From Lingula anatina (lineage: Eukaryota > Animalia > Brachiopoda): 64,000 nucleotides of DNA. The notes under the pieces are model-generated. The model had not been told where the DNA came from and did no database searches. It saw only the letters and a list, made by a program, of their open reading frames with translations. The stretch covers positions 29,890,401 to 29,954,400 of the forward strand of contig CM120641.1 in the NCBI GenBank assembly GCA_051362555.1, read 5' to 3'. The position numbers were made by a program, and so were the translations under genes. Shown one piece after another: positions 26,701 through 40,626 of this stretch (position 1 is its first letter; the number at the start of each line of letters is the position of its first letter).

Positions 26701-29700
26701 CTAAAGTAAAACAAGGCAGTTGATGTGTTAAAAGTATAGACATGAATCAGAAAATTACAATGTGAGTGAACAATTTAGTTTTTTTGTCAATTTTGATGAA
26801 ATATTACATAATGCTTTACAGCATTATCACAACATGATAACATGGACATTCATAAAATGTAATTAGCATTGGGCTTCAGGCTTATGGGATTTCAAAGTCA
26901 CAACTTGCAATTGCTTATTTGTAGAAAACATATGTCAGTTTACAGGAGATTACAAAATCTTGAAATTGGCAACATTGACATGATGTAAAATGTTAATTAT
27001 AGGTAGCTTTATACCAAATTATTCATTCCTTTTCCATATGCAAGTTATTTTATGGAGTGAAATAGACATGAAGTGGCAAAATTAGTGTAAATATCATTCA
27101 CTTCATGTTTCTACCACAAACGTTTTTTTTTAACTTCATGGTAGTTGATAGCTCCTTCACACCAATTAAAAAAAAAACAGTCAAATAGTCCAGGAGGAAA
27201 AATAATATTTGCCATTTTATAAATGACCATTACCTTAGGAAGATAAAAGTATCCATATACTGACTGTCCTCCGGCAGTTGGCCAAGTAATTTTTTCTGGT
27301 ATGCTGATGTATCCACGGTCCACAGGGAGCTTTGCAGACTCCTTACATATGTCTAACTACAGAAGACAAAAAAGTGACTGTTTCTCTGATTACTTGGAAC
27401 AAATAACACTATGCTAAGTAACACAGTTCCAAAATGGTTCATGCTTATATATATATATATATATATAACAATTCTTATTTTAAAGACCCATCTGATGTAA
27501 ATTTTTTGCCATAAAACCTGACCAAATGGAACTGTATACTTTCAATTAGCATAACCAAAAAATATTGTTACATATTTCCTAGTAGAAGTGGTTTTTGTTA
27601 CAGGGAATCAACACTCGCTTCCTGTATCTTTAATAAATATTAGTAAGAATTGATTTAATTATGTAATTAATAAATATCTAATAATAATGAGAAATGGGTA
27701 AATTAATAACTTAATTAATAAGCAATTAATAATTTTGAGAATTATGACGAAATTTAAAACTGTTCAATTTCTACACAGTAAGCTGAAAGTGTACCTGAGA
27801 GCTTATGTCCCAACACATGGGACTTTATCAGTCACACTGAAGTTATGTGTATAGTGAACAGCTGTGAGAAAGGTTGTGCCTCACAAGCAACTTGCTACAA
27901 ACAACAAACTATAAATTTGCTTATCTAGCCGTTCAGTACATGACCTATTCTTACCTTCATGAATTCTTACCTTCCCAGATTCAGCATTGACTCGAATTAC
28001 ACATGGGAATTGTGTTGGGCTGGACGCAATACAACAAATATGTCCATCATGTAGGTAGTTGACGTAAGAATGGTTCTTAAACCCTGTATCCAGAGGCACT
28101 GTAGTTTTTGTTTTTGGATCTAAGATGCCCAACTCCTGAAAACAATACAACATATCCTTAAGATGATGGTTCCACCAAACCAAAACATACTCCTATAGGA
28201 TAAAAATGTTATCCCCTTGGTTAAAAACTCATAATAAAATTTCACCAACTAGAAATTTACATTTAATTAAGGGTCAGGATAACCCATGGAGCTTGTTCCT
28301 CTGAGAAAAAAATTTGCACAATGCAGATCACAATGTCCATGTATGCATTACGCCAATGTATAAATATCTGAGTGTTGATAAACAGTGTACAATCCAAATT
28401 AATGCTCAAAATTTAAAATATACAGTAACAGTTGTCTTAAAATTAGATTTTGCAGTGGTCAAGTCGCTCATAAGTTAAGGCTGGTAAACTGACCAATCAG
28501 CACATGCGCAATTCTAGTTAAAATTTGGTTGAATTATATTCAGCAAAGAGAGACAACAATTGCTATTCAGGTGTGAAACCTGGATTGTTTACAGCAAAGA
28601 ATTGTAAAGAAATATTTCATTTTTGTTACCTTTTTGGCAGTATGCGGCCAATCTTATTCCAATTTTTGCAACTACTTGTGTTCAAATTAATGCATGGGGA
28701 ATAAGTTTGTGTACAAGTTCTGCATTTTAAAATTTCCATTTTAGTGTGACCTTTGTAGGTCAGCCAAAACTTTGTCACATTACTTTGAGAAATTGATACG
28801 GTGACTCAAGGGCGTTTTTTTTTTAAAGTAAATCTGGATTTTTCTTGAAAACAACTTGTATAGCATTGTTATACATAGTTTGTCATTGACATGGAACTAG
28901 TAGTTATGTGAAATTACTGACACAACTGCAGTAAAACAACATGCGATACAAGTACAACATGACAAAACATGGATGGAAACATCCAACAGATGAGAATATT
29001 TTACTTCGTTCCATTTAATAGTTGTTTAACAAGATTAATCTATACTCACCCCTCCACAGATAGTAGCAATTTTACCACTACCACATGGATCCACGGCATA
29101 TGCATATCTTGCAAACGTCCAGTGAGGATTCCCCACTTCCTCTTCCTTCAGGGACAAGTTAACATGCTCACCAGATGGCACCACAGTGTAAAGGTTCCAC
29201 CACTCTGTCTGATCTCCAAGGTACAGTAACTGGTTGTCCACTGTCCACCCAGGGTACATCACACTAATTCCCTCACCTCCTGCTACCTGAGAAAGACAAC
29301 CACTTTCAGTAACATAACAAGACAATTGGCAAATGTACTAGGGCTATGAATAAGATAAGTGCCATGTGCACAGCCGTAATTCATTTAGACCATTAAAAGC
29401 TTCAATTCAAACATAACTTTTATGTGAAAAATAAGAATCTGGATTCATAGGATAGAATATTGTTGTCATCATCACACTGATGCATGCAAATGACATAACT
29501 GATAAATAAACAAAAAGGTTAGGTTTGAAAATGGATAAATAGTTCTGTAACATTTTCCTACTTGCACTTTCATTTTTGTTACCTTTTTGGCAGTGCCAGC
29601 AACTACTTGATCCCCTATTAAGTCTGCCATCCATATCTCAGTATTGTCCCATGGCTGAAAATAGTTTTGTGATCAATAATTGCACTGGGGAAAAATCCAG

Positions 29701-32700
29701 ATATATATATTTTACAAACTGACATTCATCTAGCACATAAATCCAAAATATTTCACCATTTCCCCAAATTATCCGTACTTATGTAAGGGTTAATATTTTA
29801 TATAACAAATGCTTGTGTGTCCCTAAAAGTAGTCCATTAATTCTTTATCCACACCAATATAGGCCATAACTATTCATAGCATTTATCTGTTTAAAAAATG
29901 ATCAAAAATTGGTGGTAACAATACAGGCAACTGTTGTGTAATATTGCATATAAATTGACAAATAAACAAGCTCCCATGCACCCGAATCCCTATGCTTACT
30001 AATAATTTCTGTATTTCCACTTACACAATAATACATATTCGAAAATTTATGATGTTGATGCTGTTAACCATTTTAGTGCACGATCATTGTTATTCACATA
30101 TTGAGATTTTCAGTGTGAATTTGAATTCCACGGGCCTGGAGCTATATTCTTATTGTTGGTATATCATGTTGTGCATTATCGAAATTTGGTGTTGATTTTG
30201 CTGTAAGGCATAATGTATTATCGCATCAAAATCGACAAAATTACCTATTTTGTGCATCATCATTTTCAGCTTTTTGTGTCCTATTTTTCTTATTGCTGAA
30301 AGCAGGATAAACAGTAGATCTAATGATCAGGAGTCCTCTTATTGAGGCAATTCTACAAGTACATTGTAAATTACTAATCTCATACCATGTTTGGATGAAA
30401 CCACTGCATCCAGCATAACTTTGTACCATCTGGTGACACTCTGGGACAGGAATAGAAGTCTGCTCCACTAGCCTACAAAATTAAAAACAATAATAAGAAG
30501 ATAAAAAATAAACACGTTCAGTTCACATCATAATAAATCATCAGCTCAGAAAGTGATATAATAATTTCCATTATAATTGTCATTCAAAACTAAAAAATTC
30601 AAAATATCAACAGTCAAAAGAGTTTAAAGTAAGAACAACGTAATCTTTTATTTAGTTTTGGAATTAAATGGGTGGCATCAACACAAAATGACATGTATAA
30701 AGAACACTTTGTTACACTATGCATAATAACCACTTATGAATATAACATTTACAAGAATCAAAAAAAGGCAGCAGTTAAAGAACGAATTGAAGAAACTGGT
30801 TCAGCAAAGATGGACTTATTACCAACACTTTCTGTTCCTGTGTTTCTAGATTGATAACAACTACAGTATTTTCCGCCTCTTTCCTGGACTTGTTCACAAC
30901 ACCACTGTGGTCTTCCCGCACACAGAAAATACAGTTCAGCTGCAGTGAAAAGAGTCAGCAAAACAAAGTAAATTATCAAGTTTTCACATGATCCATAGTT
31001 TTCATTTATAAGTAGAACAGAATTTTTTTAATGTAACTGTCCCCACCAAATGAAGATCTCATTGTGATCTACTTAGCATTGCAAGAGAAACACACAAAAA
31101 AATAAAATAATAAAATGATCCTATACTATACTACAGTATATGCACTTGAAAATGTCCCAAAATTACATTTCTATGTCGTAATATTTTGCAAATTTTCTCA
31201 CCAAAATTCATATTTAACAAATTTTCACAAGGTTAACAGCATTTTCCCTGACTTACCAACCTTTAACCTTCCTTTTCTGACACTCACCATGACTATAACA
31301 ATTTTAAAAAAGCAAAAAGATCTAAACCCCACTTAAACTGAGGTTTTCAAGATATGCCATTCATTCCACTGACATGAGGTCCAGATATTGTGGGACTCTC
31401 CTGCCTTGACCCACCTTATTTTCAAACTATGTCATAATTAAATGGCTGACTACTGAAGTTGGCAGGGGACGGCAAATATGACTATTTTTTTTAGATATCA
31501 AGTAAGGCTGTTTGTCTGTCAAAATCTGATGCTTATAAAGTTTTTAATGACCTCAAGTAAGTTCAAGAAGAAGCGAGTCATACATTTAGAATGGGTTCAA
31601 AATCCTGGCTTGGATTGCTTTAATTCTTCCATTTTGAACCTTTAAAATGATAAAATCTGTCAAGTTCAAGTACCTGATGTCCACATTTCCTTCTGAAATG
31701 TCTGTTCAATTATTTAATTAAAATTGATATCAAAAATCAAATCAAAGTACAGACACAACGTCAAGCAATGATTCATAAGTAGCAGAAATTTGCTTTTTCT
31801 TGAGAGGTACTAGAATTGGCACAAGTATTATGTATATAGAATATGTTAAGCTGAAATGAAATAAAACTTTATCTCACTTTCACAGAAAACTGCCCATCAG
31901 CATATCTCCAACCACAGCCCTCTGGAGTGAGCGGTTGAGGGGGTTCACTTGGGCTAGTTTGTTTGTACAACCTCTGGTCAGCAAAATTTGAGAAGTATAC
32001 CACATCATTATGCACAATAAAAGCACCACCTCCATATTCATGGACTCTTGTTCTTGCATTAAAACCTTGGGGGGTCCATTCTTGTATTTCAACTCCACCA
32101 TCACCTCCAACAGAAGCAGAGCACACAACATATCGACCCCCTTCCTTGGGTCTCAGCTCAGACCAGTACACTGTAAGATTGGAAAATATATGAACAGAAA
32201 CTTGAAATTTGAATATCATTTACTTAGTGTTTACAGGCCAATGGAACAAAAGGACATTACAGGTATTTGAAAAATCAACAAATAAGCACTACAGACTGTG
32301 AGACATGAGCCTGTTTTTTGTAACAGTAAAACTGAACATTTATTGTGGAGATAAATCTGGCAACATAAATTGATCTTAGGAAGCATCAGAACTCAATCAC
32401 TGAATTATGTGGAAGAAGTACATGTCTTGCACTACAGTATATATCCAATGACCCCACCTATAACAGTTTATCAGTATGGGCTCTTTCGGTGCCAATGTTA
32501 CTGATTCACATTAACATACAGGCAGCATGTGTCAATTCTTTACAAGTACAAAATGTGCTGTTTATTAAGCATACGATTAAAGCTTTAGTTTGTCTGACTG
32601 CAGCACAAAAGAATTTAATTATATGGTAGCATTTCTATTAATGGTAGACTAATGTGCAGGCTCGTAGCTACCAATTGCAAAACGGAGCTTCTTTTTCTGA

Positions 32701-33175
32701 AAAAGTGGACCTTTTGTCATTAAACCTGTTAACCTAGATCAAGTTTACCCGAGTGGGTCTTTTCCCAGCAAAAGGGGGGAATTCTTTCGAACCCAACCCA
32801 CCTACCCCCACCCCCCACGGACCTGGTGTGACTTGTGTGGCACCCTAAGATCATTTTGTTTTCTTTTTTTGTTTTTGTTTTTTTAAGCAAATGCACCCGA
32901 TTTCTTAATCATGTAGCGATTTTACTAACCAATCAAGGTGACAGCCGAGCGTGCTGCAAACTGTTAATAAAATGTAACATACAATAATGTAATGTAGTAG
33001 ACTCTACGTCTCTGTACATGTAGCTACCGGCACTGTTATACTACTTAGTACCTGCACTGTTACTTCCTGCAGAATCTACGTGCACTTCTGCGAGTGATAT
33101 GCTCCCTTCTGATACAATTGCACTAGAAACTGGCGATTTCCAAGACCCATATTCAGCAGTTTTAAAGACAGACAT
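23788..33175 (-). CDS. Prolyl oligopeptidase family S9 serine peptidase (dipeptidyl aminopeptidase / acylaminoacyl peptidase-like), 658 aa, 14 exons
   Basis: Exons in transcript order: 33175-33052, 32170-31878, 30939-30823, 30472-30386, 29654-29583, 29286-29050, 28135-27971, 27356-27234, 26700-26504, 26286-26132, 25732-25539, 25080-24999, 24454-24345, 23808-23788; GT-AG, total 1977 nt. Motifs: [39 protein letters not shown], nucleophile GGSAGG, QGDEDEIVPP (Asp), GEQHGFRK (His). Confidence 0.93.
25217..25426. mobile_element. Short MITE with ~30-bp TIRs in a peptidase intron
   Basis: CCCCTTTACACTGGACGGCGTCCTTTCTGCG / CGCAGAAAGGACGCCCTCCAGTGTAAAGGGG. Solo ends of the same family at ~35255-35278 and ~44838-44860. 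Confidence 0.75.
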
Positions 33176-33239
33176 GGTGAATCAGCACACGGAAAGAAGC
33201 AAAGTAGGTCTTCACCGACTGTGACATCTCAGTGACATC

Positions 33240-33325
33240 TAGGTCAGGTCACGTGCGCCAAGACGATCTCAAACTACAGCTGTATCACCAAAACCCAATA
33301 TCATAGAGGTGCATGACGTCACAGG
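33240..33325 (-). promoter_or_regulatory. Candidate proximal promoter of the S9 peptidase gene
   Basis: GTCACGTG E-box at 33248-33255 and a full CRE palindrome TGACGTCA at 33314-33321, 70-150 nt upstream of the ATG. Confidence 0.4.
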
Positions 33326-35135
33326 CATGCTCTTAAAAATATTTAGTGCACAGATTGCAAACTATGTTTGATTATTTTAGGGTCCCACATAAAGAAGTTT
33401 GTGTCAAAGTTTCATTCTCCTGGAACCATGAATAATAAAAAAAATAATTCATATTCTAACCCCAAAAAAACTAGAAAAAGGAACATAGGCTCTACGTTAC
33501 TGTGAATGCAAAACGTCCAGCTGTGAAACGTTTTACTCACTTTGAAAATTCAATCATTACTGCATGGTTTCGTTCTTTGATTTACCTCCTACAAATATGA
33601 CGTTGTTAAAATTTTTTAATAATCTTCTGTATAGAGCAGTTAAATGTTTTTGAGCGACTTAAGTTTGTTTGTTACTGAATATTAATAAAACTGGGAAAAT
33701 GCATCCTACCGACAGTAAAATAAGCATTAGGCCTAAATAAATCATTTTTCCCCTCGTGATCCAAATATTATATCAGAAATGTCAAGCTATCATGAAATCA
33801 CAATATATTTTCGGTCAGCAACAGAAAACACTATCTATTACACCAAGGAGTTTCAACAGACTGTTGAAACTCCTTGATTGCACCAAGTACTTGAACAAAA
33901 AGAAACTGACAATTTTCTAAGGAACAAACGTTACCGAATTTTAGCCATGACGCAAAGCCCCTTACCATGACTAATCAGTACAAAATATATCGGAACGCGG
34001 TATAAAAATTAAAAATAAAATTTGAATTTAAATTGAGACAGTTGTGGATTTTTGTTCTATACACATATATGTTTTAAAAAAATTGAATACAATTCATTCA
34101 ATTTTATTTTTGGACACTTCAGCCTGTGAAATGCACTTTTATATTGGATTTGAGTATTATACGGCAGGACATGTCAGAACAACGGCGGAAACAGGCATTC
34201 CAGACGACGTAAAACAAAACAGGCACCACAGACCAATTGTTAATATATGGCGCAGCGGGTTTAGAATGTCAATTTAAAAGCAAGTAGGCCTATTTCAAAG
34301 GATTTGGGATTATGTTTAAAGAAAATAATAATAATAATAATATTAACTGGCTACGGGACGTAAGCTTAAATGTATTCACGGCAGTTGGTAAGGAGCCATT
34401 TTCGCAAATCTACGCATATGCTGGCGGTTTATTGTCTTCTATACACTTTTGGAAAAATGATTTTAAAAAATCATGACCAGTGAATAAAATACATTTACAG
34501 TTTTATTTAATGTCATTTAGACTGAGATGTCTGAACAATCTTTACCAAACATTGATATAATATAATTTAAATGTGGAAGTTTGTTTAATGAAATTTAGCC
34601 GTAAAATCACCACTAAGACACTCACTTCGGTGACAGTAGATCATGTCATGAAACTATAGTAGCTTGAGTGATTTAATATCAAAAGACAGTCTTCCACATT
34701 AACTATCATCAGTTGTCAAGTTTACTAAAATGCCTGGTAGTTTATCAGGGATACGCTAAAGCTCGCAAACAATTAACTTGTTTATTATCACGCACCTAGC
34801 TCGCACTTCCCAAGCCAGGTACATGTAACTCGACCTGTAAGATTCTTGGTAGGCTTTAATATATTTTCAATATTTCTCCTTTATTTCATGAGGTAATGTT
34901 ATTGGTATTCTAAAATCACTTTTATATCGATACTTAAAACAGTCAGTTCGAATACGGCCGCGAACATTCATAAAAGAGATCGATCTCAGGGTATCAAGAA
35001 GCATGCGCATGTCCAGGCAATATTTCTGAGGAAAAATACAAGAAAATGTGGTTGAGGAAAAACTCAAAAAAGAGCGGTAATAAAAGAAAAGAAAAAATAA
35101 AATATTTGGAATAGCTTTAATAAAGTGGTTCGTAA

Positions 35136-35176
<41 letters not shown>

Positions 35177-35423
35177 CGCGTGCAGGGGTGGGGCAGTGCA
35201 GGATAAGCCAACAAAGATAATTTGGAAGACAGTCAGAAAATCTCTGGATCCACCCCGTCCAGTGTAAAGGGGGCTTAACGGTTACTGCATTCATCTGTGA
35301 GTGGCACAGTTAGACCTTTAGTGTCTTTAATATACATTTGTACCTGTGATTATGTAAATCGCTGCGTCCCACAGAAATAAAGATGTAAATTGGTATTTCA
35401 AAGAAAAAAAGGCATGTTGGACT

Positions 35424-35578
35424 CCGTTCACATGAAAAATCTATTTTCTATTCGCAGTATCTTGTGATCACTCCGAGCGAGTAATTACGCCGCGGGGTAT
35501 TCAGGGCACAGACTGTGATCACAAGATACCACGAATAGAAAATAGATTTTTAGAAAATAGATTTTGCATGTGAACGGT
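35424..35578. mobile_element. Palindromic MITE-like element
   Basis: CCGTTCACATGAAAAATCTATTTTCTATTCGCAGTATCTTGTGATCAC and its inverted counterpart ending CATGTGAACGG; related copy at ~45820-45985. Confidence 0.7.
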
Positions 35579-38500
35579 CCCTTGGTTACTCGGTTTAAAA
35601 ATATTGTGATACGTTTGTTGTGTTGCCCAACCGGGCCCAGGTTTTGAGCTAAGTTTGACAACACCGTTTGACATGAACCTTTTACATAAACCTATGACGA
35701 ATGTCCTAAACTTATATAATTTTGAACGCTTAATTCAAGCGTGGGCTCGAAATAGGACATTACGTTTTAGACTTACTTAGTGGATAACGCAATCCAAAGA
35801 TTCCACGGTTCGTGTCAGATTTACGTAAGGTCGCGCAAAGAAAACCCAAGTCTACATAATGACCAGTTAAACGATTTATTCGTTGACGCTCGGTAACTAC
35901 ATGTTCTATGTGAAGTCTCCAACTCCTAACTCGTCAGCTCCGTACTCCGTCGCTTCCAATCTCCTCCTCCGCTGCTTCCTTCTACATGATCCCCGTATAT
36001 CTCCCCAGGTATCGCTTATATACATGTACTTATGTTTTATCTACATGTATGGTCCATGACGCAAACTTTAACTACCTATAATTGTACAATTAATTTCTTT
36101 ACCTCGGCGTTTTACAAAGAGGCCGCCACATTACTAAAAGCATTTAAAGTCTTTCAATTGAAATCATGGCTCGTCGGTGAATGACAGGGCGAAGAACACA
36201 TCCTCTTTTCGTTGGCGGGGTCCACCATTCAAGGACGCAGGTCGAAGTGCTGCAAACTCTCATCTACGGACACGGGGCAGGCGAGGAAATGTCGTCACCA
36301 TCCAACACTCTGAGGGTCGAGGACACAGCCACGGCGATGTACAGACCACTTAATTTGACCTTAAACGATATGCAAGGAAAAATAAACTTTCTTCGTTCCA
36401 TAAAATTCCACTAATCTTTCTGTTTTATTATTAATTGCGCTGTTTCAGCTTTATTCATACTAATGCTGAACAGAAAACTGGCAACAGATCTCACAAAATC
36501 AAAAAGAATCCCGTTTAGACCTGGGAGATGGATCCTTTTCTCACAGATCCCCTTTTATAAGCACGTCCAGCGGGCCAAAGAAAGTTTGCTGAGAATCCCC
36601 AAGATAATGGAAGTTATTTAAACTGCCCTCCAATCTCTGACGTCATTGTACCATTTCTTTTTAAATCGTATTAAAAATATAAATTCACTTTGGATATAAT
36701 CATTTAATCCAGGAAAATTATTCCTTAACGAGCTCGCCTTAGAATTATTCTTTAAAAATAATTAACTTCAGTGCTAACAAAATAAGGAAAAATAACACCT
36801 AAATCAAAGAACACCCGTCCTATCCATTCAGTTATGGCTGGCTACTCAAGACAACAGCAAAAAAATTAAATCTTAATCTACCCAGCTCCAACAGAACACC
36901 CGTTCTGTTACCTAACCCTTCCTTGGGCAGGCCTCAACATAAAATCCCTGGTCTCTAATACCAGTTTCACCACTCCAACCCGGAGCGTGGTATCCTTAAA
37001 ATAAAATGTCCGGTCTGACTTTCTACCTAGCAACCAAGGACGTGTAGCTTTCCCACTAGCTCACTTACTAGCTCATTCGTTTTCAGTTTGCTAGGGCCTG
37101 ACTGTACATTGAGCTGAGCGCGGCTGCTTTTCGTAAGTCTTACTGCCCTCTGCGACCCAGTCGATAGCGATCTAGTCACTCAATCCCGTAGAGCTAACCA
37201 GGCTCCCAGGGAGCAACCGACGGTCTTATCCCGGCCCCACTGCCATGGGTTATCGTAACTTTGACCGTTTTCACCAGCCTTGCCTGTTCGCCACCGTGTC
37301 GGAACCGCATCAACATCGTCTGGCTATAGGTGAGGACTGTCGTCCCCGTACCACTCAGTGAACTCGTTAACACTGAGCCAACTAGACGGTACCACAGTAT
37401 CCTGTTAATTCAGGATTCGAGACACAGTGGGCCTTATGTCTCTCTCCCACAGCACTATAGATCCTTTTAATGTGCCCCTGGAGCCTTGCGACTCCACTGC
37501 CGCCTGCTACAGACAGCTTCGGGGAGCCTATCCCCCACGCTATCAGATTGCATTACACAGTATCAGACGCGACACCGCTCTTGCCTAGTACGCGATGTGA
37601 TAGTGACGATTCTCAGCGGGGTTGAAAAGCATTGCATCACCACTCAAAATTTGTTCAGCGTATGATACTGTGTAATGCGATCTGACACACACCTTGAAAA
37701 CGGGTAGTGTGGTCTGATCTACCGGTGAATTCAGGATCATTCGGTGCCGAGTCTGGTAGTTGGGTAGGCCTGTCATCTATATCATTTTTGTTCTTCCTGA
37801 TCTTAAAAATATGTTGTTTACACTATGTTATTTACGTATATTTACAAATATATATATTTTAGTAAGTTACAACTTTTGACGCACACCACAAGCTGAGTGT
37901 TGAAAGCGGTTTGTTTGAATGGTAGCATGGTAGCAGTAGAAAGCTAAGGGAGGGGGTGGCGACGGGAGAGGGTAAAATTTCAAAGAGTAAGCCTTGGTAT
38001 TTTTCCAAATACCAATGCACACTTTATTAGTTGATAAGCAGTATTTCTCAAAAATAATGAAGTCTATGATTTCATAAAATAAGTCTTTTATTTGAAATGA
38101 AATTCCTGCCTTGAAGAGTTCGTTTTGAGGGAGAATTTTGCCAAATTTGAGGAACTTGAAATAGGACATTAGTTGGCTGGGGTATCGGCCAGGGGTCCGC
38201 CATATAGATAAACGTCCTAATAAATATTCGTCCCGATAGATACGTCTCTATACATACGTCTCAATAGATTTACGTCCCGTAAAATTTACGTTCCGATAGA
38301 TCCACCAACAGATTCCTATAAACCCACGCATCTTTAGTTCCAGGTACCGCTAGATCCAACTATCTGACATCGTAATCGGCTAAAATGCCGATATCAACTT
38401 GAGATACAGGTATGAGGCTTTCGAGTGATAGCCTGACTGCGAAGACTGACCCACTTAGTGATCTGACTTAATTACAACCTGATATTTATTATTTATTTAT

Positions 38501-38848
38501 TTATTCATCTATTTATTAGGTGTTCAAACAAGACTTACATGTACGTTCGCGTCTACACGTCATTTACTCTATTCCGCAATGTACAGTGTACGCACGTAAC
38601 TTCATCACTGTAAATAACTTCTATACAGGCGTAATTGACGCCGCTCTACTAGTTTCTGATCATGATACGTCTCAAATAAATTTGACATGCCAAGGGATAA
38701 ACTGAATAGATTTTTGGTCGGAAATTTAACTTACTTTCGTGACCTACATTTCTGCCCCATTGACATACAGCATAGAATGCTAGCAGAAAAATCCGTTCAA
38801 ACATCATTTTTGGGTAAAATTAATGCATTTTGATAATTCTCTTACTTA

Positions 38849-40500
38849 CAGGGTTACTACTTAATATGGAATATTTTTTATCATTGTTAATTTTGAGTGC
38901 TGATTAAAATTTTTTGACTTGATTCATCAAAATAGTATGTCATTGAGTGATAAAAATATCCAGTCTTCTGTTGTGAGATACTTTGGTCAATAATATCAAA
39001 TCTGACATAAGATGTCATTCAAAAGAATAGAACACCCCCAGAAAACCATATCACCAGTGTGATGTCAGTATTAATTTTAGGCTAAGATATTAAAGAAAAT
39101 GATAAGCCTCTGGACAGTGATATGTTACACAGTCAAAAAACTCATTACAGTAAATCATGAAAAGTCATTAATAGTGGGCGTGACCTCCAGCACGCTTGCA
39201 GCGCCCTCATCCTGCATGGCATACCCTGTGACAAGTTTTTTAGAGTTTGGATGGGGATATCATTCCACGCAGTGATATTTGCATGTCGTAGTTCATCACC
39301 ATTTACCGACCGATGACCATAGCTATTAATTCTGTGAGTTATTTCCGCCCACAGATTTTCAATTGGATTTATATCTGGAGAGTTCGCAGGACACGGCAGT
39401 TGCTAAACCCATTGGTTTCGAAGAAAAACAGTGATTTTGCTAGCTCGATGTGGGGTTGGGCAGTCGTCTTGGTACACAAAGTTGTTCCTGAAGATGACTC
39501 TTACAAGTTGAAGCATTGTTTGCTGTAGAATGTCTCTGTAGGAACCCTGGTTGAGGTTGCCTCCTAGAAAAACCAACTGGTTCTGGGCACCGGCATGAAA
39601 TGTTCCCCAAACAGAGACGTTACCACCCCCTGCTTGCACCCTAGGCAGTACACAATCATCGTTTTATGCCTCTCGTACACGTCGAAGGACACAGATTCGA
39701 CCTTCAACCCTAAAAACTCCACATCCGGCCTCATCACCGAAAACGGCGTGATTCCAGTGTTTTGGCTGCAAATGCAAGTGGTCAACAGCCCATTGCAGAC
39801 GTTACTGTATATGACCTACTGTTAACAGTGGTTCACCCATTGGTCTTTGTGCAAAATAACCGGCTTGCATTAATCTCTAGTTCACGAGGGACATTGACAC
39901 GGGCGTTTGAATGACATTCTGCCACTCTTTTCTGAGGACGCTGGTTGTCTTTGTACGACCACCACGGCGCACTCTAAGGAGAAGGCGATCCTGTCTTCTT
40001 GGTGTGATACGCGAACACCCTGGTCGAGGTATTGGAGTAGGTACCCCTATTGTAGCATTTCTTTTGAGGACTTTACTAACGGTTCCCGATAAATGTTGCA
40101 TTGCCTGGCAATGGCTGTCTGTTTCTGGTCATTTTCTCCGAGAACAAGAATCCCATAGTAAGCTGCGTTGCTTAGCTGTCGAACCATATCTTCTCTAAGG
40201 CACCTGTCAAGTTTCAGACCCCTTTGTTGCTTCTCTAAATACACCCCAAAGATTTGCAAACCCATGCGTTTTTATACAAGGGCAGAAATTGCCGAAAAGA
40301 CCACCCCTCACATTACTGACCACAGAACATGCAACTGCATGCATCAATTGTTTCGAGAGTTGTGTGGTAATTAGGTAACTCACCTGGCTACACATGGAGT
40401 GACACCTTAGTTTTGAATTTAAAGTAGTTAGAGAGAAAATAAATATTTTGTAGAAAATTTTCTCGCCAAAAATAATATCCCATATTTAGTAGTAACCCTA
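38849..40500 (-). mobile_element. Full-length but inactivated Tc1-family (DD34E) transposon, 1652 bp
   Basis: TA-CAGGGTTACTACTTAATATGG ... CCATATTTAGTAGTAACCCTA-TA; transposase remnant inside. Confidence 0.92.
39168..40187 (-). pseudogene. Tc1 transposase pseudogene
   Basis: MVRQLS...QTAIARQCNI/SGTVSKVLKR (HTH), PRPGCSRITPRRQDRLL, FSDE-like motif, GGGNVSVWG, YQDDCPTPHRAS, SPDINPIENLW, ending GGHAHY*. The second D and the E are 34 positions apart; frameshifts and in-frame stops are present. Confidence 0.9.
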
Positions 40501-40587
40501 TATACAACTTGAAACTATATGCTGGCATTTGGTCGGTTTTTGTGGCAAAAAAAATTGACTTTGTATGCATCTTTAGTTGACGGGGGT

Positions 40588-40626
<39 letters not shown>

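Noticed and set aside
39168-40187. Active Tc1 transposase gene
   Set aside because: It is broken across several frames and contains in-frame stops, including one between the second D and the E.
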